From an uncultured bacterium (GTDB lineage: Bacteria; Patescibacteriota; Minisyncoccia; Moranbacterales; GWC2-37-73), in the NCBI GenBank assembly GCA_903851135.1, contig CAINNK010000021.1, positions 441-64,440 on the forward strand: a stretch of DNA of 64,000 nt. Reading direction: 5' to 3'. The translations under genes and the position numbers were made by a program. Positions 8,835 through 18,148 of this stretch are shown in pieces. Each line of letters begins with the position of its first letter. Within the stretch, counting starts at the first letter, position 1. The notes beneath the pieces are model-generated. The model saw only the letters and a program-made list of their open reading frames with translations. It did no database searches and was not told where the DNA came from.

Positions 8835-9971
8835 CTATTTTTGAAGTTGGTCATCTAAAACTTTTTTCACGTCATCATAAGTGGCTGTCGCTGGCTGCAA
8901 ATCACTGCCAACAAACAAAGCTGGCGTCAATTGAATGCCAAAATCTTGACCGTCTTTTTGCGTGGCGTCAACTTGAGCTTGAAATTGCTTTGTGTCCAAA
9001 CACTTGTTAAAATCAACCACTTTCAATCCCAGACTTGCAGCATAACCCTTGAAGGTAGGGTTAGCGTCTTTGGTTTTTCCCCAAACAGCCTGATTTGCAA
9101 AAAGCTTGTCAGCATAAACCAAGAATTTTCCTTGGGCGTTGGCACATTCCCCAGCCATCGCAGCTTGCGCTCCTAACGTTGAGGCTGTTGGGAAATAATT
9201 CTTAAACACAAATTGAATTTTGTCGCCATAATCCTTAATCATCGGCGCAATAATTGCCTGATAGAATTTTTTGTCGTCAGGGTTTTGGAAATAATTGAAA
9301 GACACAACCTTTACTTTCGCATCAACTGAGCCAAGTGTGATGTCCTGATTTGACACCGTTGGTGCTACTAAATATTTTCCAACCGGAAAGCCAGCTTCAG
9401 CCGATTTGATCGCATAGGCATCACCTTGCTGGTCCAAAAATGGTTGAGCTTTCGCAAACAATTCAGTCTTTTCAATTTCTTTGGAAAAAATGAAGGCTGG
9501 AATTGTCTTGAGCTTAAATTGCGCAATCAATTTTTTGCCTTCAGTTGAGTTGACGTCAATTTTTTGAGTCAGCATGGTTGGCAGCGCTCCCTTTAACCCA
9601 ACCAAAACTTCGTCCGGCTTGCAAGCCTCGCCGCAAGCATCATCACTGACGACTTTGATTGTCACCATAGGCTCAGTATAAGCTACCCAGGTCTTACCAC
9701 TTGATTGAAAAACATCGGTGCTATTAAGAGCTTTCTGAGAAAAACCTCCGCCGCGTGCCAACTGAATCACATCAACAAACAAACTACCAACAAACAAACC
9801 TGCCAGCAAAATCACCATTGAAATCAGATTTTTGATTTTGTGATTTTTTTCATCAATTGAATCAATCAAAACTTCTTCCACTGATTGATCAGGGTCAACA
9901 AAAATTTCTTCTTCATGTTTGCTGAGTTCTTCTTTCAAAATTTCAGCCTCCCTAATTTCTTTTTCATCCAT
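8835..9971 (-). CDS. Membrane-anchored DsbA/thioredoxin-fold protein
   Basis: TM helix, then LGSVDAKVKVVSF, AAMAGECANAQGKF, FNKCLD and GIQLTPALF. Confidence 0.85.
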   Translation of the reverse strand: MDEKEIREAEILKEELSKHEEEIFVDPDQSVEEVLIDSIDEKNHKIKNLISMVILLAGLFVGSLFVDVIQLARGGGFSQKALNSTDVFQSSGKTWVAYTEPMVTIKVVSDDACGEACKPDEVLVGLKGALPTMLTQKIDVNSTEGKKLIAQFKLKTIPAFIFSKEIEKTELFAKAQPFLDQQGDAYAIKSAEAGFPVGKYLVAPTVSNQDITLGSVDAKVKVVSFNYFQNPDDKKFYQAIIAPMIKDYGDKIQFVFKNYFPTASTLGAQAAMAGECANAQGKFLVYADKLFANQAVWGKTKDANPTFKGYAASLGLKVVDFNKCLDTKQFQAQVDATQKDGQDFGIQLTPALFVGSDLQPATATYDDVKKVLDDQLQK

Positions 9972-10038
9972 ATGATTTACGTTAAAATTATATTTAGTAG
10001 ACTACTGCTTATTAATTAAAGTTACTAGTTACTGATTA

Positions 10039-10491
10039 CTAGTTACTATTTATTGCTGGTTGTTGACTTTGTGTTGCATCTTGCGTAGTTTTCTGCTGAG
10101 CTGCTTGCCGCAAAAGATTACTCTTGAGTTCGGCAATATTGTAGCGCTGCACTTTAGCAGGAATCTGATAGTCATTAAAACCAATCGTGATTTTTTTCAC
10201 CGCTTCAGTTTTGACTGTAATGCCAATCAAGATTCCAAGAATAAAAAACAAAGAGAGTTCAAAAACCAAATCTTTCTTTTTCTTCTTTACTAAATCTTGT
10301 TGACTTTGAAATTTTTCAACTTTTATTTCAACCTGTCGAACTTCTTCAGTTTTTTCTTTTTCATTTTCAGTTTCAGTCTCAAAAATCATTTCGGGAGACT
10401 CCTGTTCTTCAGATGACTCTTGATTATATTCTTTTTCCAATTCAAATTCCATTTTCTCCAATTGCTCTTCCCTTTTTTTATCCAAGTGCAT
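10039..10491 (-). CDS. Hypothetical single-TM protein with acidic N-terminus
   Basis: ORF with TM segment ELSLFFILGILIGITVK; start uncertain. Confidence 0.7.
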   Translation of the reverse strand: MHLDKKREEQLEKMEFELEKEYNQESSEEQESPEMIFETETENEKEKTEEVRQVEIKVEKFQSQQDLVKKKKKDLVFELSLFFILGILIGITVKTEAVKKITIGFNDYQIPAKVQRYNIAELKSNLLRQAAQQKTTQDATQSQQPAINSN

Positions 10492-10582
10492 AGGCCTATT
10501 TTTATTGGTTAATTTACATCCATAGCTTACCACAACCCCATGAAACCTACAACTTGCGCAGGTTTTTGATTTATTGTGTAAT

Positions 10583-10609
10583 AAAAAAGGCTTCTCGTCA
10601 GAGAAGCCT
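10583..10609 (-). terminator. Intrinsic terminator
   Basis: A-run then AGGCTTCTC-gtca-GAGAAGCCT, downstream of the 10633 ORF. Confidence 0.75.
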
Positions 10610-10632
10610 AAATAAAAAACACTTTCTTGCCT

Positions 10633-10902
10633 TTACTGAATTTCAACGGTCAGCCTTGAGCATTGTTTTTTCAAAAACGCCAAAAACTCTGTAAAAAATA
10701 ATTTTGGCGTTACAAGGGGTACATAAATCACCAACACAATAGCAGCAAAAACATACATAGCTGGCTCTGCTATCGTGCGAAACATAAACATCTTAAGGAA
10801 CTTTAGAAAGAAAGCACCAGTGTTCATTTTTACTGGAATTTTCTCCCAATATTCGTAGCAAAAGGCAGTCCTGTAAAGAAAGCCGTCCTTTTTAATCTTC
10901 AT
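10633..10902 (-). CDS. Small orphan membrane protein (89 aa)
   Basis: ATG 10902 preceded by AAAGGGGGATTGAGG; has its own promoter and terminator. Confidence 0.65.
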   Translation of the reverse strand: MKIKKDGFLYRTAFCYEYWEKIPVKMNTGAFFLKFLKMFMFRTIAEPAMYVFAAIVLVIYVPLVTPKLFFTEFLAFLKKQCSRLTVEIQ

Positions 10903-10989
10903 CCTCAATCCCCCTTTTTTTGCTAAAAGCAAATTTTTGATTTTGCAACCAAGAAATAAACAACTCAAAATTAACATTTTACTGTTCCG

Positions 10990-11018
10990 ATATTAACTTT
11001 TATTCACTAATTTGTCAA
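10990..11018 (-). promoter_or_regulatory. Sigma70-type promoter
   Basis: TTGACA-17 bp-TAATAT on the minus strand. Confidence 0.6.
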
Positions 11019-11151
11019 ATGCATTGCAAAGCCAAAACAGCAAAAAAACCTCCAATAAAGGGTTTTTTGAGAAAAATTATTGCATTATCCGAAAATAGCT
11101 CTAAGGAGGATCAGCCATGCAACAATATAACCATATAACAATTTTGCATTT

Positions 11152-12408
11152 CTATTCCTTCCTCAACGCCTCCATCGGCGAAAGTTGGGAGGCTTTATAG
11201 GCTGGATAAAAGCCAAAGATAATGCCAGTGGCCATGGAAAAACCAGTAGCCAAGGCAATTGAACCAAAAGTGACTGGGAAGTTGAGCTTAAATCCTGCTG
11301 CAGCGAGGCCATAGGAAAGACCGAAAGAAATTAAATAGCCCAAGATAATGCCAGCAACTCCCCCAATCAAAGTGATGAAAATCGCTTCCAACAAAAACTG
11401 ATTGCGAATGTCAGCCGCCGTGGCGCCAACCGCTTTGCGCAGACCGATTTCAAAAGTTCGCTCCACCACCGCCACATACATTACGTTCATAATCCCAACC
11501 CCGCCCACAATCAAAGAAATCGAAGTCAACGCCAACAGCAAAATATTAATCGTGCCAAAAACGTCCCCAATGATTTTTTGCGCTTCCTGAATAGTGGAAA
11601 CTGAAAAATCCTCCTGTTCGGCTTTTGGCGTCTTATGTTGTCGCTTGAGTGCGTCACTCACATCAGCCGCGGTCACGTCAATCATGTTAGCATCTTTCAC
11701 TTTGAGCATAATCATGCGCACATAATCAATGCCTAAGATTTTTTTCTGCAAAGTTTGCACTGGCATATAAATCAGCTCGTCGTAGTTGAAAAAAGTCACC
11801 GCGCCTCTTTTCTCCAAAACCCCAATCACCCGAAAATTCATGCCCTTGATTTTGATAGTTTTGCCAAGCGCATCTTCACTGCCAAACAAAGCATCTTTGA
11901 TGTCGCTGCCAATCACCACGACTTGCGACAAACCATTATCATCACCTTGAGAATAAAAATCTCCCTCCGCTATTTTAGTAGCCCCATCAATCAAAGCATA
12001 GTCAGCACCTGTTCCAAAAATCATGGCTTGCTTGTTTTGATTTTGATAAGTGGTCAAGCCTTGTCCAATGTCTATTGGAGAAAATTTATCAATATTGGGA
12101 ATTTTTTTGATCGCCTCACCATCTGCAATTTTCAGGGTTGTAATTTGGATTCCTTGCGCCTGACCGGTGGCATTGGCCGAAGAAGTCTTGTCCGTGGCTG
12201 GAACTTTGGTTTCCACTTGGATAATGTCATTACCAAAACTGCTAACTTGTCCCAGGATATATTCCTTCACACCCTGCCCACTGGAAGTCACCACAATCAC
12301 TGACAAAATCCCAATGATTATTCCGACCAAAGTCAAAACTGTCCGACCGATATTTTTCGTCAGGTTGCCAAAAGCTAATCTTATTGCAATTAAAAATCTT
12401 TTAAACAT
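11152..12408 (-). CDS. MacB/FtsX-family ABC permease
   Basis: LTLVGIIIGI, VGGVGIMNVM...ERTFEIGLRKAVGA, PMEALR. Confidence 0.93.
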   Translation of the reverse strand: MFKRFLIAIRLAFGNLTKNIGRTVLTLVGIIIGILSVIVVTSSGQGVKEYILGQVSSFGNDIIQVETKVPATDKTSSANATGQAQGIQITTLKIADGEAIKKIPNIDKFSPIDIGQGLTTYQNQNKQAMIFGTGADYALIDGATKIAEGDFYSQGDDNGLSQVVVIGSDIKDALFGSEDALGKTIKIKGMNFRVIGVLEKRGAVTFFNYDELIYMPVQTLQKKILGIDYVRMIMLKVKDANMIDVTAADVSDALKRQHKTPKAEQEDFSVSTIQEAQKIIGDVFGTINILLLALTSISLIVGGVGIMNVMYVAVVERTFEIGLRKAVGATAADIRNQFLLEAIFITLIGGVAGIILGYLISFGLSYGLAAAGFKLNFPVTFGSIALATGFSMATGIIFGFYPAYKASQLSPMEALRKE

Positions 12409-12420
12409 AACACCTATGAC

Positions 12421-12540
12421 TCAAGTCCTAAATCCTAATTTCCAATTTCCAATAAAGTTCTAAATCCTAAATCTTAATTTTTTGACATTTGGATTTTAGA
12501 TTTTATTAGACATTAGACATTGAGATTTAGGGTTTTTGAA
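12421..12540. repeat. Heptamer-periodic hairpin element, AAATCCT/AATTTCC family (copy 1 of 5)
   Basis: AAATCCT/AATTTCC units facing (G)ATTTAG/CATTAGA units. Confidence 0.8.
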
Positions 12541-12546
12541 TTATAA

Positions 12547-13788
12547 TTATTCATATCTTAACGCTTCCATCGGAGAAATTCGCGAAGCCTTGCGAGCTGG
12601 GTATAGTCCAAACAAAACGCCAATCAAAACTGAAACCGAAGTTGCAATCACAATAGAACTAAATGAAATAATAAACTGCCAACTATATCCCAAGGCATTA
12701 ATAATAATCGAAGCTAAAAATGAAATCAGGACTCCAAAAATAATTCCGATCGCACCACCCAACAAAGTCAAGAAAATTGATTCAATCAAAAATTGCAAGA
12801 TGATGTGCCGAGATCTGGCTCCGACCGCTTTGCGCAAACCGATTTCCCGAATGCGCTGATTGACCGAAATGAGCATAATATTCATGATTCCAATGCCACC
12901 CACCAAAAGTGAAATTCCCGCGATGCCAGCCAGAAAATATTTCAAAACGTTGGTGATATTAGTAATGGTGGCCAAAGCTTGCGCCGTGTTGCGCACCGAA
13001 AAATCATCATCAATGATATTTTTGATTTTATGTTGCGTTCTCAGGGTGTACTCAATGTCAACAGCAGCCCGATCAAGATTGTCAGCTGAATCAATTTTAA
13101 CCCGCATGAAATTGATGTAGTTGATGCCCAACAAAATTTTCTGGGCTGTTTCCAGTGGAATATACGTCAGATTGTCCGTGTTAGTAAAACCACTAGCACC
13201 TCTTTTTTCAAAAAGTCCAATCACTGTGAAATTAGTGTCTTTCAAGGAAAAAACTTTTCCAATTGGATCTTCGCTACCAAAAAGTAAGGTCGCTTGATCG
13301 GGCCCCAAAACGGCGACCTTAGCCAATCCTGCTTCTTCTTCAGTTGTGAAAAATCGGCCAACCTTGAGCGTGACACTTTCGACATTAGGAAAACTTGGTG
13401 AAACCCCTTGAAAACTGGCTTCATTGGAATTATTTTTGTATTTCTCCGAAGCCACTCCGCTGACATAGCCGCAACCATCAATCGCATTAGGCACATTCTT
13501 TTTTTCCAAAATTGCTTGCAAATCACTTTCTTTCAAAGTGGTGATCACAATTCCCAACGCCGAAGCAGGCGGTCCTTTGCTGTCAGAAGCCCCAGGCAAA
13601 ACTCCAATCAAATTAGAACCAATTCCGGAAACTTGATCCAAAATAAGCCGCTGGGCACTCGCGCCAATGGCCATCACCACAATCACTGAAGCAATCCCGA
13701 TAATAATTCCCAAAATCGTCAAAAACGAGCGGAACTTTGAAGCCAGCAGGTTATTGTAGGAAATTTTTATGGGTGAAGAGAGTTTCAT
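12547..13788 (-). CDS. MacB/FtsX-family ABC permease
   Basis: RSFLTILGIIIGI, VGGIGIMNIM, EIGLRKAVGA, PMEALRYE. Confidence 0.93.
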   Translation of the reverse strand: MKLSSPIKISYNNLLASKFRSFLTILGIIIGIASVIVVMAIGASAQRLILDQVSGIGSNLIGVLPGASDSKGPPASALGIVITTLKESDLQAILEKKNVPNAIDGCGYVSGVASEKYKNNSNEASFQGVSPSFPNVESVTLKVGRFFTTEEEAGLAKVAVLGPDQATLLFGSEDPIGKVFSLKDTNFTVIGLFEKRGASGFTNTDNLTYIPLETAQKILLGINYINFMRVKIDSADNLDRAAVDIEYTLRTQHKIKNIIDDDFSVRNTAQALATITNITNVLKYFLAGIAGISLLVGGIGIMNIMLISVNQRIREIGLRKAVGARSRHIILQFLIESIFLTLLGGAIGIIFGVLISFLASIIINALGYSWQFIISFSSIVIATSVSVLIGVLFGLYPARKASRISPMEALRYE

Positions 13789-13827
13789 GTAAATTTATAC
13801 CTTGTCTATTTTCAAAAAAGAGAATGG

Positions 13828-13940
13828 AAAATGTAAATCTCAAAAATCAAAATGACAATTCAAAATTAAAAATTATCAAACGCATGAAAAATTTTACATT
13901 TTACAATGTCATTTTTCATTTTGATTTTTGCTTTTTAATT
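13828..13940. repeat. Hairpin element, diverged relative of the 120-bp rpsK-flanking repeat
   Basis: AAAATGTAAATCTCAAAA ... TTTTGATTTTTGCTTTTTAATT. Confidence 0.65.
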
Positions 13941-14665
13941 TATTTCAAAAGTGTGCCTTCCCCATCAGCAATCAAGCGATCACTGACCAGTTCGTCAGAA
14001 ACAATGCGTCCGTCTTTCATGTTCAAAATTCGCTTGGCATGACGAGCAGTATAAGTTTCATGCGTCACCAAAATCACGGTGTGTCCAGCGTCATTGAGTT
14101 TTTGCAAAATCTTCATCACCGCCAGTCCTGATTTTGAATCCAAGTTTCCCGTTGGCTCATCGGCAAAAATAACTTCTGGGCTATTAACCAAGGCCCGTGC
14201 AATTGCCACCCGCTGTTTTTCTCCTCCGGAAAGTTGATTGGAGAGATAGTCTGTACGATGACTCATGTCAACCGCCGCCAAAGCTTTGGTAATTTTTTCT
14301 TTATTATTAACTTCCAAATGATCTTCGTCATAAAGGAGTGGCAATTCCGTGTTTTCATAGACCGTGGTGCGAGGCAAAAGATTGAAAGACTGAAAAACAA
14401 AACCAATTTTTTTGTTACGAATTTTGGCCAGCTCATCATCGGTGTATTGGGTGATATTTTTTCCTTCCAGTAAATAAGTACCTTCTGTCGGACGATCCAG
14501 CATGCCCAAAATTTGCATCAGGGTTGACTTGCCAGAACCCGACGGACCCATAATGGAAATGAACTCCCCTTTTTGAATTTCAAAACTCACATCAAAAAGC
14601 ACCGGAGTTTTCACTCCTTCGGTTTCATAAGTCTTGCTTAAATTTTGGACAGAGATTAGTGGCAT
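13940..14665 (-). CDS. ABC transporter ATP-binding protein (MacB/LolD type)
   Basis: GPSGSGKST, LSGGEKQRVAIARAL, DEPTGNLD. Confidence 0.95.
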   Translation of the reverse strand: MPLISVQNLSKTYETEGVKTPVLFDVSFEIQKGEFISIMGPSGSGKSTLMQILGMLDRPTEGTYLLEGKNITQYTDDELAKIRNKKIGFVFQSFNLLPRTTVYENTELPLLYDEDHLEVNNKEKITKALAAVDMSHRTDYLSNQLSGGEKQRVAIARALVNSPEVIFADEPTGNLDSKSGLAVMKILQKLNDAGHTVILVTHETYTARHAKRILNMKDGRIVSDELVSDRLIADGEGTLLK

Positions 14666-14710
14666 AGGATTTAGACAGATTTTAGATTATAGATTATGGA
14701 TTTCTCAAGA

Positions 14711-14800
14711 CCCGACTAAATTACGAATCTTTTACTAATATACGAATTGTTTGCCATCACCACATTAGTATATTCGTAAAAGATTAGTAAATTCGTGGGG
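14711..14800. repeat. Octamer-periodic hairpin (TACGAAT/ATTCGTA family)
   Basis: TTACGAATCTTTTACTAATATACGAAT ... ATTAGTATATTCGTAAAAGATTAGTAA. Confidence 0.75.
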
Positions 14801-14909
14801 TATATTTTTTCCTTTCAACCTTCCTCCCCTATCCACGGCTTAACCAAGCCACAAACACGACAGGAATTTCGAAAGACTGTAGCACGTGGTCGTACTCGAC
14901 TTTATTTGC

Positions 14910-14938
14910 TTGACAAAATGGCTATTTGGGAGTATAAT
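14910..14938 (+). promoter_or_regulatory. Perfect consensus sigma70 promoter
   Basis: TTGACA-17 bp-TATAAT. Confidence 0.85.
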
Positions 14939-15006
14939 TAAACATCGTAGTTCTTTTTTAATCTTCAATAACTTAAAGGCTCAATAAAGCCAAGGGATGG
15001 AAAAAA

Positions 15007-15273
15007 GTGAAAATTAAAGATAGTGTATTTTTAAAAATAATAGCGCTTCAGTTTATCCTAGTGGTTTCATTAGACACAATGTCTGGCGGCAATTTACTTA
15101 TGTATATTTGCTATGCCATCTGCGTCATTTCACTTTTTTCAATCTTTATTTTCTTGGTTTATAGGTCAATATGGTGCCAGTGCAAAATATCAGTTTCATC
15201 CGACAACAAGGATGGATGCTTGCGCTGCGGAAAACCATTCAAACCAAAACGCCCACAATTACCGTTTACTTAG
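15007..15273 (+). CDS. Small orphan 2-TM protein with C-terminal CxC...CxxC
   Basis: 88-aa ORF behind a consensus promoter, followed by a hairpin and T-run near 15280-15330. Confidence 0.65.
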   Translation: MKIKDSVFLKIIALQFILVVSLDTMSGGNLLMYICYAICVISLFSIFIFLVYRSIWCQCKISVSSDNKDGCLRCGKPFKPKRPQLPFT

Positions 15274-15432
15274 CTCGTCGTACTCTCAAGTGTTGATTCT
15301 AACACTGCCAGAGTACCTCGGGCTTTTTTATTCCCAAATTTTCAACCCACCCACACTTTCTTATTTGTAGATTTGTAGCCAATTCGTAGATTTGTGGGTT
15401 CTTCTTACATTTGTAATTCTTAGTGAGACAAC

Positions 15433-16443
15433 CTATTTAGTAGTCACAAACGTCACCACTTTCTCGCCACCTTTAAGTCCAGAGGTAATTTCCACCATGC
15501 CATCATCTCCTTCCAAACCAGTCTGAACATAAGACTTTTTGGTCGTGTTGTCGACAGTTTGCAAAACATCAACATATTTCTTGTCACCGTCAGTTTTGAT
15601 GGCTCGAGATGGAACTGAAATCACGTTGTCCCTCTGGGCGGTGGCGATGTCGAGATTAGCGCTCATGCCAGCCTTGAAGCGTGGATCCAAATTTTCAAAT
15701 TTCAATTTAATGCGATAATAAACCACGCCTTGAATTTCTGTCGAAGCCGGATCAATTTTGAAAACACTAGCCTTAAAAATATCATTGGCGGTCAGGGCAT
15801 CCAAAGTCACATCAACACCTTGGCCAATCGCCACCTTGGCGATGTCAGATTCAGGGATGTTCGATTCAATCAGCAAATCATCCTTTTGAATCACCGTCAA
15901 AATCGGACTGTTTAAATTCAAAACCACGGTTTCACCCGGATTAGCATTACGCTTGGTTACAATGCCATCGAAAGGTGCCAGCAAATCAACTTCCTTCAAT
16001 TGGTCTTGGATAACGCTGACTGAAGCTTGCGCTTGATCAACCATAGCTCGTTGAGCATCCCGTTGCTGAACTGTGGAGGCTTTTTTGTGATTTAACATAT
16101 TGCTCAAGGTGCTTTTCTGCACCAACAATTGAGCTTGAGAAACCCGCAATTGAGAAAGCAAAGTTCCAGTATCGATGGTGGCCAGTTTTTCGCCTTGCGT
16201 AATTTGATCACCTACATCAACCATGATACTTTTGAGCGTGCCAGTTGTCTTGAAGGACATGTCAATTTGTTGATCAGGATTGAGAGTGCCAGTAGCAGAA
16301 ACAGTTCGTAGCAAAGTTCCTCTGATAGCATCAGCTGTGGTGTAGGTTGTAACTGGTTTTTTACTTTTAAAATAAAAAACAATTCCGCCAACGATAACGA
16401 CAGCGATCACAATCCAAATTATCCATTTTTTTGTTTTTGCCAT
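15433..16443 (-). CDS. Efflux periplasmic adaptor (MacA/HlyD-like)
   Basis: N-terminal TM, VDVGDQI, APFDGIV, VEITSGLKGGEKVV. Start ATG 16443. Confidence 0.92.
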   Translation of the reverse strand: MAKTKKWIIWIVIAVVIVGGIVFYFKSKKPVTTYTTADAIRGTLLRTVSATGTLNPDQQIDMSFKTTGTLKSIMVDVGDQITQGEKLATIDTGTLLSQLRVSQAQLLVQKSTLSNMLNHKKASTVQQRDAQRAMVDQAQASVSVIQDQLKEVDLLAPFDGIVTKRNANPGETVVLNLNSPILTVIQKDDLLIESNIPESDIAKVAIGQGVDVTLDALTANDIFKASVFKIDPASTEIQGVVYYRIKLKFENLDPRFKAGMSANLDIATAQRDNVISVPSRAIKTDGDKKYVDVLQTVDNTTKKSYVQTGLEGDDGMVEITSGLKGGEKVVTFVTTK

Positions 16444-16475
16444 AAAAAATAAAATTTTAAACAATAAATAAACTT

Positions 16476-16612
16476 TAAATCCTAAATCTAAATTTCTAAT
16501 TTCTCACCCAAAGGGTGATCAGCCTCTGGCTGACAATAAAGTCCTAAATCCTAATTTTTGACATTTGGATTTTAGATTTTATTAGTCATTGGATATTTAG
16601 ATTTAAGATTTC
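16476..16612. repeat. AAATCCT-family hairpin element with nested 30-nt insert (16504-16533)
   Basis: Matches the 12421 copy except for TCACCCAAAGGGTGATCAGCCTCTGGCTGA. Confidence 0.8.
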
Positions 16613-16680
16613 TAAATATTGCTTGTTCTTTGTATCTTAACTATTTAATTTAAACTATTTTAATCTTTAAACTTTAATTT

Positions 16681-17112
16681 TTATAAAAGCAAACTTTGTT
16701 TATTCTTGCTATCCAGCGCCTCATTAACTAAAGCGTCGGCGATTTTGTTTTTTTCACGCAGCACATGCGTAAAGGTTACCTTTTCAAACTCCAACATCAA
16801 GTTCCAGATTTCAATGAAATATTGCTGAATGCGAGGCTCTTTAAGCTTATACTCATGGCCGAGCTGTTTTACAACCAACTCGCTATCCAAAAAACAAGCG
16901 ATCGTTGCCTGCTTAGCCGGCACATTGCCCAGCAATTGCTTTAATTTTTTCAACCCAAAAATCAGCGCTTCATATTCTGCGTCATTGTTGGTCTTGATAC
17001 CAATACACTGCCCATATTTTTTTTCCAAAGTTTGGATGTATACTCCAATTCCAGCCGGCCCCGGATTGCCTCGCGATCCACCATCCGTGAACATGATAAT
17101 TTCCTTTTGCAT
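16681..17112 (-). CDS. rnhA: Ribonuclease HI family protein
   Basis: TDGGSRGNPGPAG, TNNDAEYEAL, DSELVVKQ, NKIADAL. Confidence 0.92.
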   Translation of the reverse strand: MQKEIIMFTDGGSRGNPGPAGIGVYIQTLEKKYGQCIGIKTNNDAEYEALIFGLKKLKQLLGNVPAKQATIACFLDSELVVKQLGHEYKLKEPRIQQYFIEIWNLMLEFEKVTFTHVLREKNKIADALVNEALDSKNKQSLLL

Positions 17113-17256
17113 GGTTTTTCTAGTAGCGTAATTAATGAGAATCTAAACATCCTCAATCATTTATCAATGTTTTTATTTTAGCATTTTTGAACTTTTAAAG
17201 CAATAAAAAAATCCAACGCAAGATTGAATTTTGTATATTATATATTGCCTGCTTTT

Positions 17257-18039
17257 TTAAACCAACCTTGCCGTCAGATAACCAATCCCGAAAGGCCCTT
17301 CATAGCTTAAAAGTTTGAAAGCATATTTCTCCTCGTGAATTGCCCCCATCAGGATCACAATACTGCGAATGCCGCACTCGGCAACTTCCTCCACAACTTC
17401 CTTATGCATATTCATGATGCTGAGCAAATTGTTTTCACCAAGATGATGAATGATGGCGCGATCAAAAATTTCTCCCTCTGGGGAAAAACCAGCCGGAGCC
17501 CCAAGCATGAGCCGATGTGAAAGTTCCCCACTGGCAATAATAGCAATACGTTTGGAATTTTTCTTCCCCACAATACTTTCAATGATTTGACCATAACGAA
17601 AATGCTGCTGATAACTCATCAGCGAAAAAGAAAGATGTACTATTTTTGGATCTATATTCTTCGTCAAATGATAAAGCGGAATGAGCGTTCCATAGTCAAG
17701 CGGGTTCTGATGCAGATGAGCCGAGATATCATCAATTCGGCAATTCTGTCTAATCCTATTCGCAATTTCTGTGTCATTTTTATATTCAAATGATTTAGCG
17801 AGTCCGAAATCCGCAAAACTTCCAACCAGTTTGGGGGAGGAATTAATGACAAATGAATAAGGTTGCAATTCAGAATGAGGCGAAATTATGACAATCGTGT
17901 CAGGGGCGGCCCGCTCTAAATCAACCCTTAATTGTTCAAAGGCTGTCAATGTTTTTTTGACTTTTTCGATATCCTTGATTGCGCCTATGCCAGGAATGCT
18001 TTCTGGCGGATGAGGCACGATAGCAGCAAAAACAATCAT
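17257..18039 (-). CDS. LigB/MEMO-like (AmmeMemoRadiSam protein B-like) protein
   Basis: VPHPP, ISPH, ASGELSHRL, ECGIRS, SYEGPFGIGY. Confidence 0.85.
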   Translation of the reverse strand: MIVFAAIVPHPPESIPGIGAIKDIEKVKKTLTAFEQLRVDLERAAPDTIVIISPHSELQPYSFVINSSPKLVGSFADFGLAKSFEYKNDTEIANRIRQNCRIDDISAHLHQNPLDYGTLIPLYHLTKNIDPKIVHLSFSLMSYQQHFRYGQIIESIVGKKNSKRIAIIASGELSHRLMLGAPAGFSPEGEIFDRAIIHHLGENNLLSIMNMHKEVVEEVAECGIRSIVILMGAIHEEKYAFKLLSYEGPFGIGYLTARLV

Positions 18040-18148
18040 ATTTTTGTTGAAAAAATTTTCAAAGATATTTTATATTACTACAATGAATATTTGATAATAT
18101 TTCAAACTAACAATCCAGCGATAAAACCAGCACGAGACATTTGGTTAA

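Noticed and set aside
11076-11126. Hairpin after the permease as a riboswitch
   Set aside because: No recognisable aptamer consensus; it lies upstream of a terminator-like hairpin and the promoter of the next gene.
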